Source: a virus (Duplodnaviria > Caudoviricetes). From it: 52,801 bases of DNA. The stretch covers positions 1-52,801 of IMG/VR virus record IMGVR_UViG_3300021600_000007, one strand, 5' to 3'. The position numbers and the translations under genes were made by a program. Positions 1-9,742 of this stretch are shown here, one piece after another (the stretch's first letter is position 1; each line of letters starts with the position of its first letter). Under the pieces are notes generated by a model. The model made no database searches. It was not told the DNA's origin and worked only from the letters and a program-made list of their open reading frames with translations.

Positions 1-34
1 TGGTATTAAGATATTTTTGTATCTTTGCTTTATT

Positions 35-544
35 ATGACGAAAGAGGAATTTAAGATAGAGAAACTTGTTGAGATGCGAAATGAGCTTGATGAACGCATT
101 CAGAACTATAGAGACGGTTATTTCTATATCTGTGAAGTTCGTTCCTATGGTCGTAGTTGGAAGGATAAATATACCTTTAATACCCATACTCTTCAGGAGT
201 TGTGTTACCAATATAATGGTGATGATGGGATTGTTGATGTTTATTCTAATAACCCCAACCTTCATAAGATTACTAACTACGGTAATGTTATGTTTGTTCC
301 AACAGTTGAGGACCATAAGAAATGGGTGGAGTATACCTCATTATCTAATAGCATCCCTAAAGCTGAGGAAGAATTGGATGCTTGGGATAACCGTGACAAT
401 GTACCTTTTATGTATAGACCTACGTTTGCACCTTTCTATACTCGCAAAGACCTTGAGGATATGAAGTCTCAAGTCAACAATTTTGATATGTCATTTGTTG
501 CACCTGTTCGTGTTAATTACATCGAACCTGACGAGGAAGAATAA
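35..544 (+). CDS. hypothetical phage protein
   Basis: ORF; start moved to ATG 35 just after TATCTTTG promoter element (20-27). Confidence 0.7.
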   Translation: MTKEEFKIEKLVEMRNELDERIQNYRDGYFYICEVRSYGRSWKDKYTFNTHTLQELCYQYNGDDGIVDVYSNNPNLHKITNYGNVMFVPTVEDHKKWVEYTSLSNSIPKAEEELDAWDNRDNVPFMYRPTFAPFYTRKDLEDMKSQVNNFDMSFVAPVRVNYIEPDEEE

Positions 545-592
545 ATCTGTCGTTGTGTGGCTGGCTTCAAATCCCCCAACCCCCTTTTTTAT

Positions 593-871
593 TTATACGG
601 ACTTAAGAACAACCTCCAACATCTGAATCTTTTCTCGGTCAGCCTTGGTCTTTGTTTCTTTATTCTTGAGGAACTGAATGGCGTCCAAAACTTCTTGTCT
701 TTTGTTGTTCGGTGGTGTCATAACATTTTTAGTCTCACCTTTCATCACAACAACCTTATTGTCCTTAGATATTGTAGGAGTTTGGTCGTATAGGATATCG
801 ATAATCATCTGAGCCTTTCTCTCATTTCTAACGATTGCAAGTATGATTATGTGTTTAAGTAGTTTCTTCAT
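593..871 (-). CDS. hypothetical protein
   Basis: ORF, ATG 871 directly after TATATTTG element. Confidence 0.6.
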   Translation of the reverse strand: MKKLLKHIIILAIVRNERKAQMIIDILYDQTPTISKDNKVVVMKGETKNVMTPPNNKRQEVLDAIQFLKNKETKTKADREKIQMLEVVLKSV

Positions 872-884
872 ACCACAAATATAC

Positions 885-913
885 AAAAAAACCCCCACTT
901 TATGTGAGGGTTT
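885..913 (-). terminator. intrinsic terminator (recurrent CCCTCAC..GTGGGGG-Un family)
   Basis: minus-strand hairpin plus U7 right after stop of 916-2667. Confidence 0.75.
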
Positions 914-915
914 GG

Positions 916-2667
916 TTAATAAAAAGTTTTCACATTCATGTATTTTGATAAATCGTATTTGTCAATTATCTGTTTGAAGATTTGTTGCCTATATCTTACA
1001 CCTAATATGTTTTTTTTATTAATAAAACTATAACCAAATCCTGAATCACCACTTGTTCCAACAACTCTATAATAGTTTTGGTTATGAAGTCTTGTTGGAG
1101 CTAATGTAGCGTTGAATGCGTATCTCAGACCATTCTTGGAACCATATGCGAATTTACCTAATTCTTTTTCATTACGACCAGCCCACCCTATGTCTTTTAG
1201 TCCAAGTTCATCAACTAACGCCTTATGTATATATAAATTCATTCTGTCTGTAGACATATAAGCAAGTGGAGTAGTTGTGTCTTCACTGAACTTAATTATG
1301 TCGCCATCATAAGCAATTTTAATTATATTTTCAATACCCATTACTTTAACCATTGTTTCAAATTGGTTAGGGTCTTTTATTAATTGTCTGATGTTTTCAA
1401 TTTTGGATTCTCTATCTTCACTAATAAATTTAAAATTAGTTTCTATTGGTCGTTTCCCGTGTTTCTTCTCCATCAGTTTCCTGTGAAGTTCCCAATCAAT
1501 AATCGATTCTGTCATTTCTGTATCGTCTTTTGCCATTGCATATAGTTTACTTATTCTTTTCATTGCTTGGTCTGAAACTCTATGGAATCGGTCTATTTCA
1601 CTCTTAAAGAATTGTATTGGATTATCTCTATATTTTAAAACGTGATTTTGAAATTTTGATTTAATCTTGTTAAGTTTAATCTCTTCTTCATCATCGGCAA
1701 TACCTGATTGTCCCATCGCTCTAAGAAATTGTGCGAACATATTTTCACTACTACCAACATAATCTTCAAATGTACCCAATTTCATATTGGAAAGATTGAC
1801 ATAAATTATTTTTAAGAACTTTTCCACCTTATCTTTATCAGACATTCCCTCAGTATCCACATCAATAGCGTCAAAGATTTCATTAACGGTATCAAGATTA
1901 TCGTAAATCCCTTTAATTAATTTTTCAAAGGTAAAGTTTTTAATATCAACCAAAGTTTTAAAGGTTTTATTGTTTTGTAAGAATTCTCTAAATTGAGATT
2001 TACTAATACCTTCACTCCTCATGTTGGAAGCAACCTCTGTTGTTCTAACTAAATCCTCAGTTCCATCTGTAAAATACAAATAACGAACAAATTGTTCATC
2101 AACCTCAGGGACATGAAACGATGGTAGTTTATCTACCGCAAGATATTCAGCGTCTTTACCAATTAAATCAATTCGTTTGGCTTGTTTATCGTATTTGTGT
2201 TTTAATTCATGAGCCAAAGAACCAATACTTTTACTTTTCTCTCTAATGAATTCATCATACAAATCTTGAGGTTCCCATTCAGGTGAAGCATAATAAACAA
2301 TATTAAATTCAGCACTTGTTGATGGTTGTATTTCTTTCATCATGGTGTCACGGTTAAATCTAAATTGTTGTGACATACCCATTGAAGATATTGTTACGTT
2401 TCTATCAGGAGTAACTCTTTTGTGGAAATCATCAACTTCTTCAATTTCAACCTCTAAAGTATATTCATCAATTGTAATCTTCTTCTTGTCACCCAATACC
2501 ACATCAATATCATCTCTAAATTCATAAGACGATTCTTTATCTGTAATACTTTTTAAGTTATCTGCGAACATATCATATAACTCTTCAGCAGCATCTAAAA
2601 TTGAATCAGGAACACCTAACGCCTCCTTAATAATCATATGCTGTCCTTTGGTAACAATAATCTTCAT
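916..2667 (-). CDS. large hypothetical protein with HExxH zincin-like motif; N-terminal MKIIVT..Q tag
   Basis: 583 aa ORF; LAHELKH motif; TATTTAAT upstream. Confidence 0.6.
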   Translation of the reverse strand: MKIIVTKGQHMIIKEALGVPDSILDAAEELYDMFADNLKSITDKESSYEFRDDIDVVLGDKKKITIDEYTLEVEIEEVDDFHKRVTPDRNVTISSMGMSQQFRFNRDTMMKEIQPSTSAEFNIVYYASPEWEPQDLYDEFIREKSKSIGSLAHELKHKYDKQAKRIDLIGKDAEYLAVDKLPSFHVPEVDEQFVRYLYFTDGTEDLVRTTEVASNMRSEGISKSQFREFLQNNKTFKTLVDIKNFTFEKLIKGIYDNLDTVNEIFDAIDVDTEGMSDKDKVEKFLKIIYVNLSNMKLGTFEDYVGSSENMFAQFLRAMGQSGIADDEEEIKLNKIKSKFQNHVLKYRDNPIQFFKSEIDRFHRVSDQAMKRISKLYAMAKDDTEMTESIIDWELHRKLMEKKHGKRPIETNFKFISEDRESKIENIRQLIKDPNQFETMVKVMGIENIIKIAYDGDIIKFSEDTTTPLAYMSTDRMNLYIHKALVDELGLKDIGWAGRNEKELGKFAYGSKNGLRYAFNATLAPTRLHNQNYYRVVGTSGDSGFGYSFINKKNILGVRYRQQIFKQIIDKYDLSKYMNVKTFY

Positions 2668-2680
2668 ACTATTAAATACT

Positions 2681-2926
2681 TTAATCTTCTAAATCAAGAT
2701 TGGCTTCGTTTAAAATCTTTCTCATTTCTTCCCTGATTTTCACACACACTTTGTATTCTTCATTAGATGCTTCATAATTTCCGAATAAACTAACATCGTT
2801 CCTTTCAACAGAACGTAAAACTTGGTCAAGGTCCCACATGGCGATTTTCCATTTTGACCCATCAAGTGCATTTCTTGCTTCAACAGATTCCTCAATTGAA
2901 TCAAATTCTAATATTATCTTTCCCAT
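2681..2926 (-). CDS. hypothetical phage protein
   Basis: 81 aa ORF, TAACTTTG promoter element upstream. Confidence 0.65.
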   Translation of the reverse strand: MGKIILEFDSIEESVEARNALDGSKWKIAMWDLDQVLRSVERNDVSLFGNYEASNEEYKVCVKIREEMRKILNEANLDLED

Positions 2927-2970
2927 AGATACAAAGTTAAGTATAAATTATATAAAATACAAATAATTTT

Positions 2971-3026
2971 TAATGTGTCATATAAGGGACAAACTCATAT
3001 TATTTTGTGTCTTTTATGACACATTA
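2971..3026. repeat. intergenic imperfect palindrome
   Basis: TAATGTGTCATA (2971-2982) / TATGACACATTA (3015-3026) perfect 12-bp arms with partly paired interior. Confidence 0.7.
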
Positions 3027-3050
3027 TCTTTAAGGTCGAAATTTTCTACC

Positions 3051-4211
3051 TTAAACATCTTTACTACTACAACGTTCTCTATAATAATCTTTGAGCTCTT
3101 CTTCTTTGAAATTTGATATGTAATCATAGATGTCTAACCATTCAACATCATCCACACCAAAGTCTTCATTTTTAACTAACCAACTGAGTTCATCAATAAC
3201 TCCCTGATAAAACTCTTCTTCATCATCGTAATCACATGGGTACATTGAATTTTCAATCAGACTATCTATTAGTCTGTCGACAATACTCATTTTTCTTTTG
3301 AACCTATTTGAAACTTCAATCTTTTTGGATTCATACAAATCGTGATTATTACAATTTTCATAATAAAACTCTTTCAATCCATTAATCATATGTTCCTCAA
3401 CATATTTAACACCTTCATCATAAGTTAACCAATCTGACACAGGTGTCCCATCTTCATTTTCACCTTCAGAAATTATATCTCTAATTTCGTTATGAACTCC
3501 TAACATAAATTCCGTGAAATTATCAAACTCACAAGGGTATTGAAAAGCGAAAGATTGTTTAATTAAACTTTTAAACCAATAATTTCTTCTTTTAAACTTA
3601 TTGGAATATTCGGTTTCTTCTTTCAATACTCTTCTAATAGATTCCTTTAAAGAATTCTTAATAAGATTATTGTCTTTCAAATATTCAAACATGGATTTGG
3701 CCAATTTTTCACCGAACTTAATGTCAGAAGGATAATGAGCCTTTGCCATTAGTCGAGAGTATTCAATGTCTTTAACTATCTTATCAAAATCTTTTTTATA
3801 ATTCGGATATAAATCATTTAAAACTAAACCTAATAGATTTGATTGTGTTGAATGACCTGATGGGTAAGAATACCCTTTTGTGGATTTTATTGATGGGTCT
3901 TTAAAATCATGGTCTAACTTAAATGGTCTTGGTCTTTTAAAATAATCTTTTAATTCTAATATAACGTCAACCGCATCAAGTACTATTTTTCTTAATAGTT
4001 TCTTATCATACTTAACTTTTTTACTGTCCAAAAAATGAAAGAAGTTACCAATTAAATCATCTTTTTCTTGAAAAAATTGTTTATCTAAATCAATTGTACT
4101 TAAGTATTTTAATTCTTTCTTTGTTTTCTCACTATCATTTTTTGGTGGTAGTTCTTTTTTAAAAGGTGAGACATTAAAATCCTTATATAAATTAGTATCT
4201 TTTGATGCCAT
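3051..4211 (-). CDS. PAP2-family (acid) phosphatase fused to a duplicated C-terminal domain
   Basis: KxxxxRxRP, YPSGH, SRLMAKAHYPSD motifs; two FKRR..YPC(E/D) modules after LKESIRRVLKEE linker. Confidence 0.8.
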   Translation of the reverse strand: MASKDTNLYKDFNVSPFKKELPPKNDSEKTKKELKYLSTIDLDKQFFQEKDDLIGNFFHFLDSKKVKYDKKLLRKIVLDAVDVILELKDYFKRPRPFKLDHDFKDPSIKSTKGYSYPSGHSTQSNLLGLVLNDLYPNYKKDFDKIVKDIEYSRLMAKAHYPSDIKFGEKLAKSMFEYLKDNNLIKNSLKESIRRVLKEETEYSNKFKRRNYWFKSLIKQSFAFQYPCEFDNFTEFMLGVHNEIRDIISEGENEDGTPVSDWLTYDEGVKYVEEHMINGLKEFYYENCNNHDLYESKKIEVSNRFKRKMSIVDRLIDSLIENSMYPCDYDDEEEFYQGVIDELSWLVKNEDFGVDDVEWLDIYDYISNFKEEELKDYYRERCSSKDV

Positions 4212-4855
4212 TATATCGTATGTGTGACAAAATATTCAGTTATTTTACCAAAAGGAGCTTGAAGAATATTTTTAACAGGTCCAAAACATTTTCCACCTTT
4301 TGATTTTATGTCGTTACATTTACCCGTCATTTTTGATGCGCCTGGGTCATGTCCCCAACCACCACGTCTATCTAATTGATATGTCTCATCACTTTTCTCG
4401 ATTGGTACTGTGATTGACAATGTCGAATCTTTCCCATTTTTACCTCCTTCAGTTCTAATACCATCAATATTTGGTTTCATTTTACCTTGAGATAAGAATG
4501 GATTGATTTCACATATCAAAACGTTATATAATTGATGTATTGTGTCTCCGCCGTTTGCAGCATGAGCTATACTTAAACCTGATGAAGGTCCTTTATAAGA
4601 TATTTTAAATTGGTTTGGAGTTTTATTAATACTAATCTTATCACTCCATCCACTTACACCACCTTTAGATTTCCACGCACGACATGATTTCCATGATGAA
4701 CCAACAACACTTTTTGAACTACTTGATACATCAGTTTTTTGAGTATCAATTTGTTTACCCATATCTGTTTTAAAATTTGTACCTTTAACCATATCAAAAA
4801 GACCACTAAGTAGTCCCGTTAATTCTTGTTCCGTAAGTCTCACTATTCTTGCCAT
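4211..4855 (-). CDS. hypothetical protein with N-terminal RLTEQEL tag (putative virion-associated)
   Basis: 214 aa ORF; TATTTAT upstream. Confidence 0.65.
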   Translation of the reverse strand: MARIVRLTEQELTGLLSGLFDMVKGTNFKTDMGKQIDTQKTDVSSSSKSVVGSSWKSCRAWKSKGGVSGWSDKISINKTPNQFKISYKGPSSGLSIAHAANGGDTIHQLYNVLICEINPFLSQGKMKPNIDGIRTEGGKNGKDSTLSITVPIEKSDETYQLDRRGGWGHDPGASKMTGKCNDIKSKGGKCFGPVKNILQAPFGKITEYFVTHTI

Positions 4856-4882
4856 ACAAATAAATATAATAATATATTAAAT

Positions 4883-4909
4883 AAAAACCCCCACATTTCT
4901 GTGAGGGTT
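4883..4909 (-). terminator. intrinsic terminator (recurrent family)
   Basis: AAAAACCCCCACATTTCTGTGAGGGTT; follows 4914-7133. Confidence 0.75.
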
Positions 4910-4913
4910 AATT

Positions 4914-7133
4914 TTATTTTAAAACATTCAAACTACCTGATAATACTTTTCGATAGTCAGTCTTTAATGCTTTGAGTTCTACATTCCATGTATAAATTCC
5001 GATTGGTACCATTCGATTATTAAACGTTCCATCCCATCCCTCTTCAATATCATGAGATTCCCATATAATTTCACCCCATCTATTAAATAATGTCATCTTG
5101 TATCCGTAAATGTCAAACCCTGAAGTTACTATAGGTAACCATGTATTGTTATGTTCATCACCATCAGGAGTAAACGAGTTTGGAATATATAAAATGTCTT
5201 GAGGACATTGGATTATGGTTATTACTGTTTCTTGTTGTGGTGATGCACATTCATTAACATAATTCACAACAGATAATGTAAACATTCCAAATTCATTCCA
5301 ACTTGTATTAAATGTTTCAGTTTGTGTTGTATTGTTTAATAATGTCCATTCGTTATATCCACCAGGAACTGTTGAAACAATACTATATATACTTGGTATT
5401 GAATCTCCATCACATAGTTCAAAGAAATCGTTGTATGGAGTTATTTGAGAGATTGTTGGTCTTTCATAAACAATGATGTTTGTTGTTGTATCAAAGATAC
5501 ATCCACTTTGAATATATGTGTATGTAATATTATTGTTTAATGTATCCGCATTGGATGGGTAGAAATCATTTCCTGTAATTCCTGTACCATTAAACACTCC
5601 TCCGATTGGTGTTGCGCTTAATGTGGTAAATTCATCGTTGGAACAAAATGGTCCAATAGGTGTTATAACGGGAATTACATTAAAGATTGTAATGTCGAAC
5701 GATACAGGTACACTTATACATCCATTTGGACTTACGGCAACCATGTCAACCGCATTTGGAATGAACCCTGCAGGAAACCCTGACCAATCAACAACGATTG
5801 AATCTGTTCCTTGACCTGAAACAATATTACCAACTGACATCCATTGATATGTGTATCCAATACCTAAATCAGTTGTGGTATATACTATATTTGTTGATTC
5901 ATAACATACCGTATCTGAAGCGATGATTGGGTTTGCAATTACAGGTAATGGATTAACTAATGTTGCTCCACCTGAAACGGTACATCCTGCGGCATCGACA
6001 ACGGTGAATGAATATGCTCCCGCACATAAATTATTTATTGTGAACGATGGTAATTGACCATTCCAAGAAATGGTGATAACACCTGTTCCTCCAATTGATA
6101 TTACATTAATTGCGCCATCACAACTACCTGTACAATTTGGATTGAATGTTGTTACAATTGGTGGTGGTAAATTTGGTGGACCTGGTGCAACAAAAACCGT
6201 ATCAGGTCCTAAGTTACCCGTATTTAAATTACAGGATGTCCATCCCGCATTACATGTTGGGTATACAAAATGACAAGTATAGTTTGTTCCTCCTGCAGGT
6301 GGTGTAACCGTAATGGTTGGTCCCGTTCCTATTGGAGTTGAGTTACCTACCTGATACCAAGTTAACGTTGGAGTAACTACAGGACCGCTTGGTGTCCATC
6401 TGTAAGCATCATTGTTTGCCGTCCAAGCAGTTGAGTTTCTACCTGCAACAGCAATACCAATAGTTCCACCTAAATTATGTATCCCTTGTGTTGATGTACC
6501 TCCTTGCCATTGTAAACACGCAGGTTTACTTTGAATGTAACTCTCAATATTGTTGGATGATTCGTATATTACAATATGAAAAGTTCCTTGATTACCTGTA
6601 CAAGAAAACATAGGAACTCCAATCCAACTAACAACAAGTTTTCTACATGGTGCAACTCCTTGAACTTGATATTTGATTTGACCTCCAATACCAGGATGCC
6701 AATCTTGCCAAGGTCCCATGATACAATTCTTAGGCACTAACGGATTAGCCGTTGGGATTGGTTGAGATGTAAACGTTACGGGTTGTCCTCCACTGAATGA
6801 AATCCAACCATTAGACCCAACATAAAATTGAGTATAGGTTGTACCAAAGAAACAGAAGTTAAACCCAATACTAAATGGTCCTTGTTGGGAATCATCTGTC
6901 ATAAACAAACTTGTCCCTGTGTTGGTTTGAGCAACGTACGGTATGTTAGTAACACCGTAGTTTGTTGTTTGATTTGGGTTTACACCACCTCCACCACATT
7001 GGGATAGGTTAGCGGTTAATGTTGTCGTACCAATACCACATGGAAGTAATTGGTCAGGTCCTAAATCAGGACAATACTGCGTATACCCCATAGACGTTAA
7101 TAGGGTTAAAAATAAAATAGTTAGTAATCTCAT
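4914..7133 (-). CDS. secreted beta-rich protein with gliding-motility-associated (T9SS type B) C-terminal domain
   Basis: signal peptide MRLLTILFLTLLTSMGYTQ; SprB/Ig-like Cys-Gly-Thr segments; C-terminal YIPNSFTPDGDEHNNTW...FNRWGE...GWDG signature. Confidence 0.85.
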   Translation of the reverse strand: MRLLTILFLTLLTSMGYTQYCPDLGPDQLLPCGIGTTTLTANLSQCGGGGVNPNQTTNYGVTNIPYVAQTNTGTSLFMTDDSQQGPFSIGFNFCFFGTTYTQFYVGSNGWISFSGGQPVTFTSQPIPTANPLVPKNCIMGPWQDWHPGIGGQIKYQVQGVAPCRKLVVSWIGVPMFSCTGNQGTFHIVIYESSNNIESYIQSKPACLQWQGGTSTQGIHNLGGTIGIAVAGRNSTAWTANNDAYRWTPSGPVVTPTLTWYQVGNSTPIGTGPTITVTPPAGGTNYTCHFVYPTCNAGWTSCNLNTGNLGPDTVFVAPGPPNLPPPIVTTFNPNCTGSCDGAINVISIGGTGVITISWNGQLPSFTINNLCAGAYSFTVVDAAGCTVSGGATLVNPLPVIANPIIASDTVCYESTNIVYTTTDLGIGYTYQWMSVGNIVSGQGTDSIVVDWSGFPAGFIPNAVDMVAVSPNGCISVPVSFDITIFNVIPVITPIGPFCSNDEFTTLSATPIGGVFNGTGITGNDFYPSNADTLNNNITYTYIQSGCIFDTTTNIIVYERPTISQITPYNDFFELCDGDSIPSIYSIVSTVPGGYNEWTLLNNTTQTETFNTSWNEFGMFTLSVVNYVNECASPQQETVITIIQCPQDILYIPNSFTPDGDEHNNTWLPIVTSGFDIYGYKMTLFNRWGEIIWESHDIEEGWDGTFNNRMVPIGIYTWNVELKALKTDYRKVLSGSLNVLK

Positions 7134-7264
7134 ATTGATAATTAGTTTAGTGTCCAATATATTAGACGTTAGTTCAACGTTAAAGTACGATGAATGAATA
7201 ATAATACTTATATTTTTATTATTCAACTATTTTCAACAATTAATAATTACTATCTTTATAACAT

Positions 7265-7528
7265 ATGACAGCTCTTGAAAAACACATTATTAATTTTATT
7301 GAGGACAAATTTAGTTTTCCTTATTTATACTACAATAAGGCCGAACAAACGTGGTCAAACGAATTCTTCCTTTACGACATAAAAACAAGTGTGATGTATG
7401 TTAGTGACGAAGCCAAATCAATTTTAGGTAAAAAATACGGTGAACCATTTATGACTAACCTTATGTTAAAAGTTGTAAACTATTGGTTCAATAGAACCTA
7501 TAAGTTAACAGTAAAAGAAATTGGATAA
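7265..7528 (+). CDS. hypothetical protein
   Basis: 87 aa ORF. Confidence 0.65.
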   Translation: MTALEKHIINFIEDKFSFPYLYYNKAEQTWSNEFFLYDIKTSVMYVSDEAKSILGKKYGEPFMTNLMLKVVNYWFNRTYKLTVKEIG

Positions 7529-7549
7529 TTTAAAAGTATTTATTATAAC

Positions 7550-7897
7550 ATGAGTAATACCACCAAAATAGAAAAAGTTATTAGTAAAATTATTGTACCT
7601 CAGCATCCTGAGTTGTTAGAATTTGAAGTTAAAGATTTATTTGAAGATATGTATGACTCAGGAACTACATTAGGTCAACAAATGTTGGGTCGTCAATATG
7701 TTATAGAGTTTATCACATCGGAATGTTTAGATACAAAGAAACAAATGGAAATCGATACTGAGGTAAAATCATTATTTGTGATGTTATCTCCTGATGTCAA
7801 CAATCTCCATCAGAAAACACCAAAAATATCATGTTTCTTTGATTGTGAAGATGGTGAAGGATTTGTATTTAACTCAGAATATGGGTACAATCATTAA
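7550..7897 (+). CDS. hypothetical protein
   Basis: 115 aa ORF; GTATTTAT just upstream. Confidence 0.65.
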   Translation: MSNTTKIEKVISKIIVPQHPELLEFEVKDLFEDMYDSGTTLGQQMLGRQYVIEFITSECLDTKKQMEIDTEVKSLFVMLSPDVNNLHQKTPKISCFFDCEDGEGFVFNSEYGYNH

Positions 7898-8610
7898 CCC
7901 ATATTAATTATTGACCATTTACCGTCAAAATCCTCAACCAAACAAGTCGCATTCTCACAGAAATCACCTGAATTCATATAGTCCTCAGTTAATTTTGGTT
8001 GGTGGATATGTCCACATACCGCAACATCACAACCTTTACTCTTTGTCAATCCTTTAGCGTTTTCTTCAAAGTCAGATACAAAATTGATTGCTCCCTTAAC
8101 ACTTTGTTTAATATCATTTGCTAATGAATGATAAGGTAAGTTAAACTTTCTCCTGAAAAAATTATATGTGGTATTCAATCTTATTACCAAGTCATAAGAT
8201 ATACCACCAATTATTGCTAACCATCTTACTTTCATAATAACAAAGTCAAGAACGTCTCCGTGAAAACAATAGTACTTTCTACCATCGGCTCCAATGTGAG
8301 TATATTTCCTGACAATTTGAATGTTATTCATAAAGAATGGTACAAATGGTTTTAGAAAATCATCGTGATTACCTCTAATGTAAACCACTTTTGTTCCTGT
8401 CTCACTTCTCTTCATAAATCTTCGGAATATTTTGGAACATTCTTTTTTCCATTTTCCTCCACTTTTAAGTGCCCATCCATCAATGATGTCACCATTTAAA
8501 ATTAATGTCTCAGACTGATTATTTTCCAAGAATTTAATAATCTTGTCTGTTTGTGATTGTCGCGCACCAAGATGCAAATCACTCATTATTATTGTTCTCC
8601 ATGTGTTCAT
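7894..8610 (-). CDS. LpxH-like metallophosphoesterase (UDP-2,3-diacylglucosamine hydrolase family)
   Basis: SDLHLG, NGDIIDGW, RGNHD, HGD, GHIH, NSGD motifs. Confidence 0.85.
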   Translation of the reverse strand: MNTWRTIIMSDLHLGARQSQTDKIIKFLENNQSETLILNGDIIDGWALKSGGKWKKECSKIFRRFMKRSETGTKVVYIRGNHDDFLKPFVPFFMNNIQIVRKYTHIGADGRKYYCFHGDVLDFVIMKVRWLAIIGGISYDLVIRLNTTYNFFRRKFNLPYHSLANDIKQSVKGAINFVSDFEENAKGLTKSKGCDVAVCGHIHQPKLTEDYMNSGDFCENATCLVEDFDGKWSIINMG

Positions 8611-9338
8611 GACCAATAACTCTTACTGTCTTTAAAATATTCTTTATTGTTTTTATTTAGGACCGACCCAATCATTAATTTGGTCATGTACCACAAACCT
8701 TTATTATGGAATCTTCTTGGTGGTGTGTATACAAAAGCATTATGTATTTTAAACATATTACTTTTTATTTGTTTAGAGTAAACATAATCTTCAGCAACTT
8801 TAGCTTCTTCATCAAACCCACCAATTTCTTTGAATTTTGATGTCTTTGTTAACATGAATCCACCTAAGCAGAATGGCGATATTAACATTGAAAGTTTTTG
8901 TAGGATGTCAAAAATCTTATAAACATAATTGTAGTTTCCGTTGTCAGTTCTGAACCTAACACTAACTAAGTCTAAGTTTTCATTTTTTATCTTTGATACA
9001 ACGTTATTTAACAATTCACTATCCAATAAGAATATGTCAGCATCCATGAATAAAACATATGGTGTTGAAACTAATTTAAAACCGTTATTTCTTGCGGTAG
9101 CAGGTAACCCACCTTCCATCAAATTTAAATTGAAGTTATCTGTAATCGAATCGTATTCCAATCTGTCTAATAATGATGGTTTTGTTATTCCATCATTTGA
9201 TGAATCACACACAACAACTTTAACTCCATAAATATTTGTTTGATGGTTTAATAAATCTAATGTCTTAAATATAATATCTTTCTCGTTCTTACAAGGAATG
9301 ACAATAGTTAATAAATCACTTAATTTCATATTACTCAT
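8607..9338 (-). CDS. glycosyltransferase family 2
   Basis: TIVIPCKNE, ARNNG, FMDAD, GGFDE..AED motifs. Confidence 0.9.
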   Translation of the reverse strand: MSNMKLSDLLTIVIPCKNEKDIIFKTLDLLNHQTNIYGVKVVVCDSSNDGITKPSLLDRLEYDSITDNFNLNLMEGGLPATARNNGFKLVSTPYVLFMDADIFLLDSELLNNVVSKIKNENLDLVSVRFRTDNGNYNYVYKIFDILQKLSMLISPFCLGGFMLTKTSKFKEIGGFDEEAKVAEDYVYSKQIKSNMFKIHNAFVYTPPRRFHNKGLWYMTKLMIGSVLNKNNKEYFKDSKSYWS

Positions 9339-9344
9339 TTATAA

Positions 9345-9740
9345 TTAAATACTACCAAGACGTTTTCGTAATTCCGTTGAACTATATTTGTGAGTTCTTT
9401 TGTTAAAATGATATTCCATTTCTAAATTGCATCCCGTGAAAACTTTGTTTCGATATTCATCACCTAATATTCGAATACCAATGTTATTATTTTGAAGGAT
9501 TGTCATTAGTTCTTTTTCAGTTTCATATGGTATAATCTCATCAACATATTTTACTGCAGATAATTGAGTCCATCTCTCATAAAAAGATTGAATTGGTTTA
9601 TTCTTATCAGGTCTATCCAATGTTGGATTTACTTGTAAAGCAACAATCAGATGGTCGCATGCCGATTTTGCTTCTTTTAACATTAAAACGTGTCCCGCAT
9701 GTAATAAATCAAACGCACTGGCAGTTATTCCTATTTTCAT
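9345..9740 (-). CDS. cytidylyltransferase (TagD/glycerol-3-phosphate cytidylyltransferase-like)
   Basis: FDLLHAGH (HxGH), YVDEII, R.H.YSSTELR motifs. Confidence 0.88.
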   Translation of the reverse strand: MKIGITASAFDLLHAGHVLMLKEAKSACDHLIVALQVNPTLDRPDKNKPIQSFYERWTQLSAVKYVDEIIPYETEKELMTILQNNNIGIRILGDEYRNKVFTGCNLEMEYHFNKRTHKYSSTELRKRLGSI

Positions 9741-9742
9741 AT

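Noticed and set aside
4914-7226. Longer upstream starts given in the ORF track (also 17, 898, 12270, 24136, 25667, 36160, 40860, 43340, 44232)
   Set aside because: The extensions run through promoter or terminator sequence. Downstream ATGs fit signal peptides, family N-termini and promoter spacing better.
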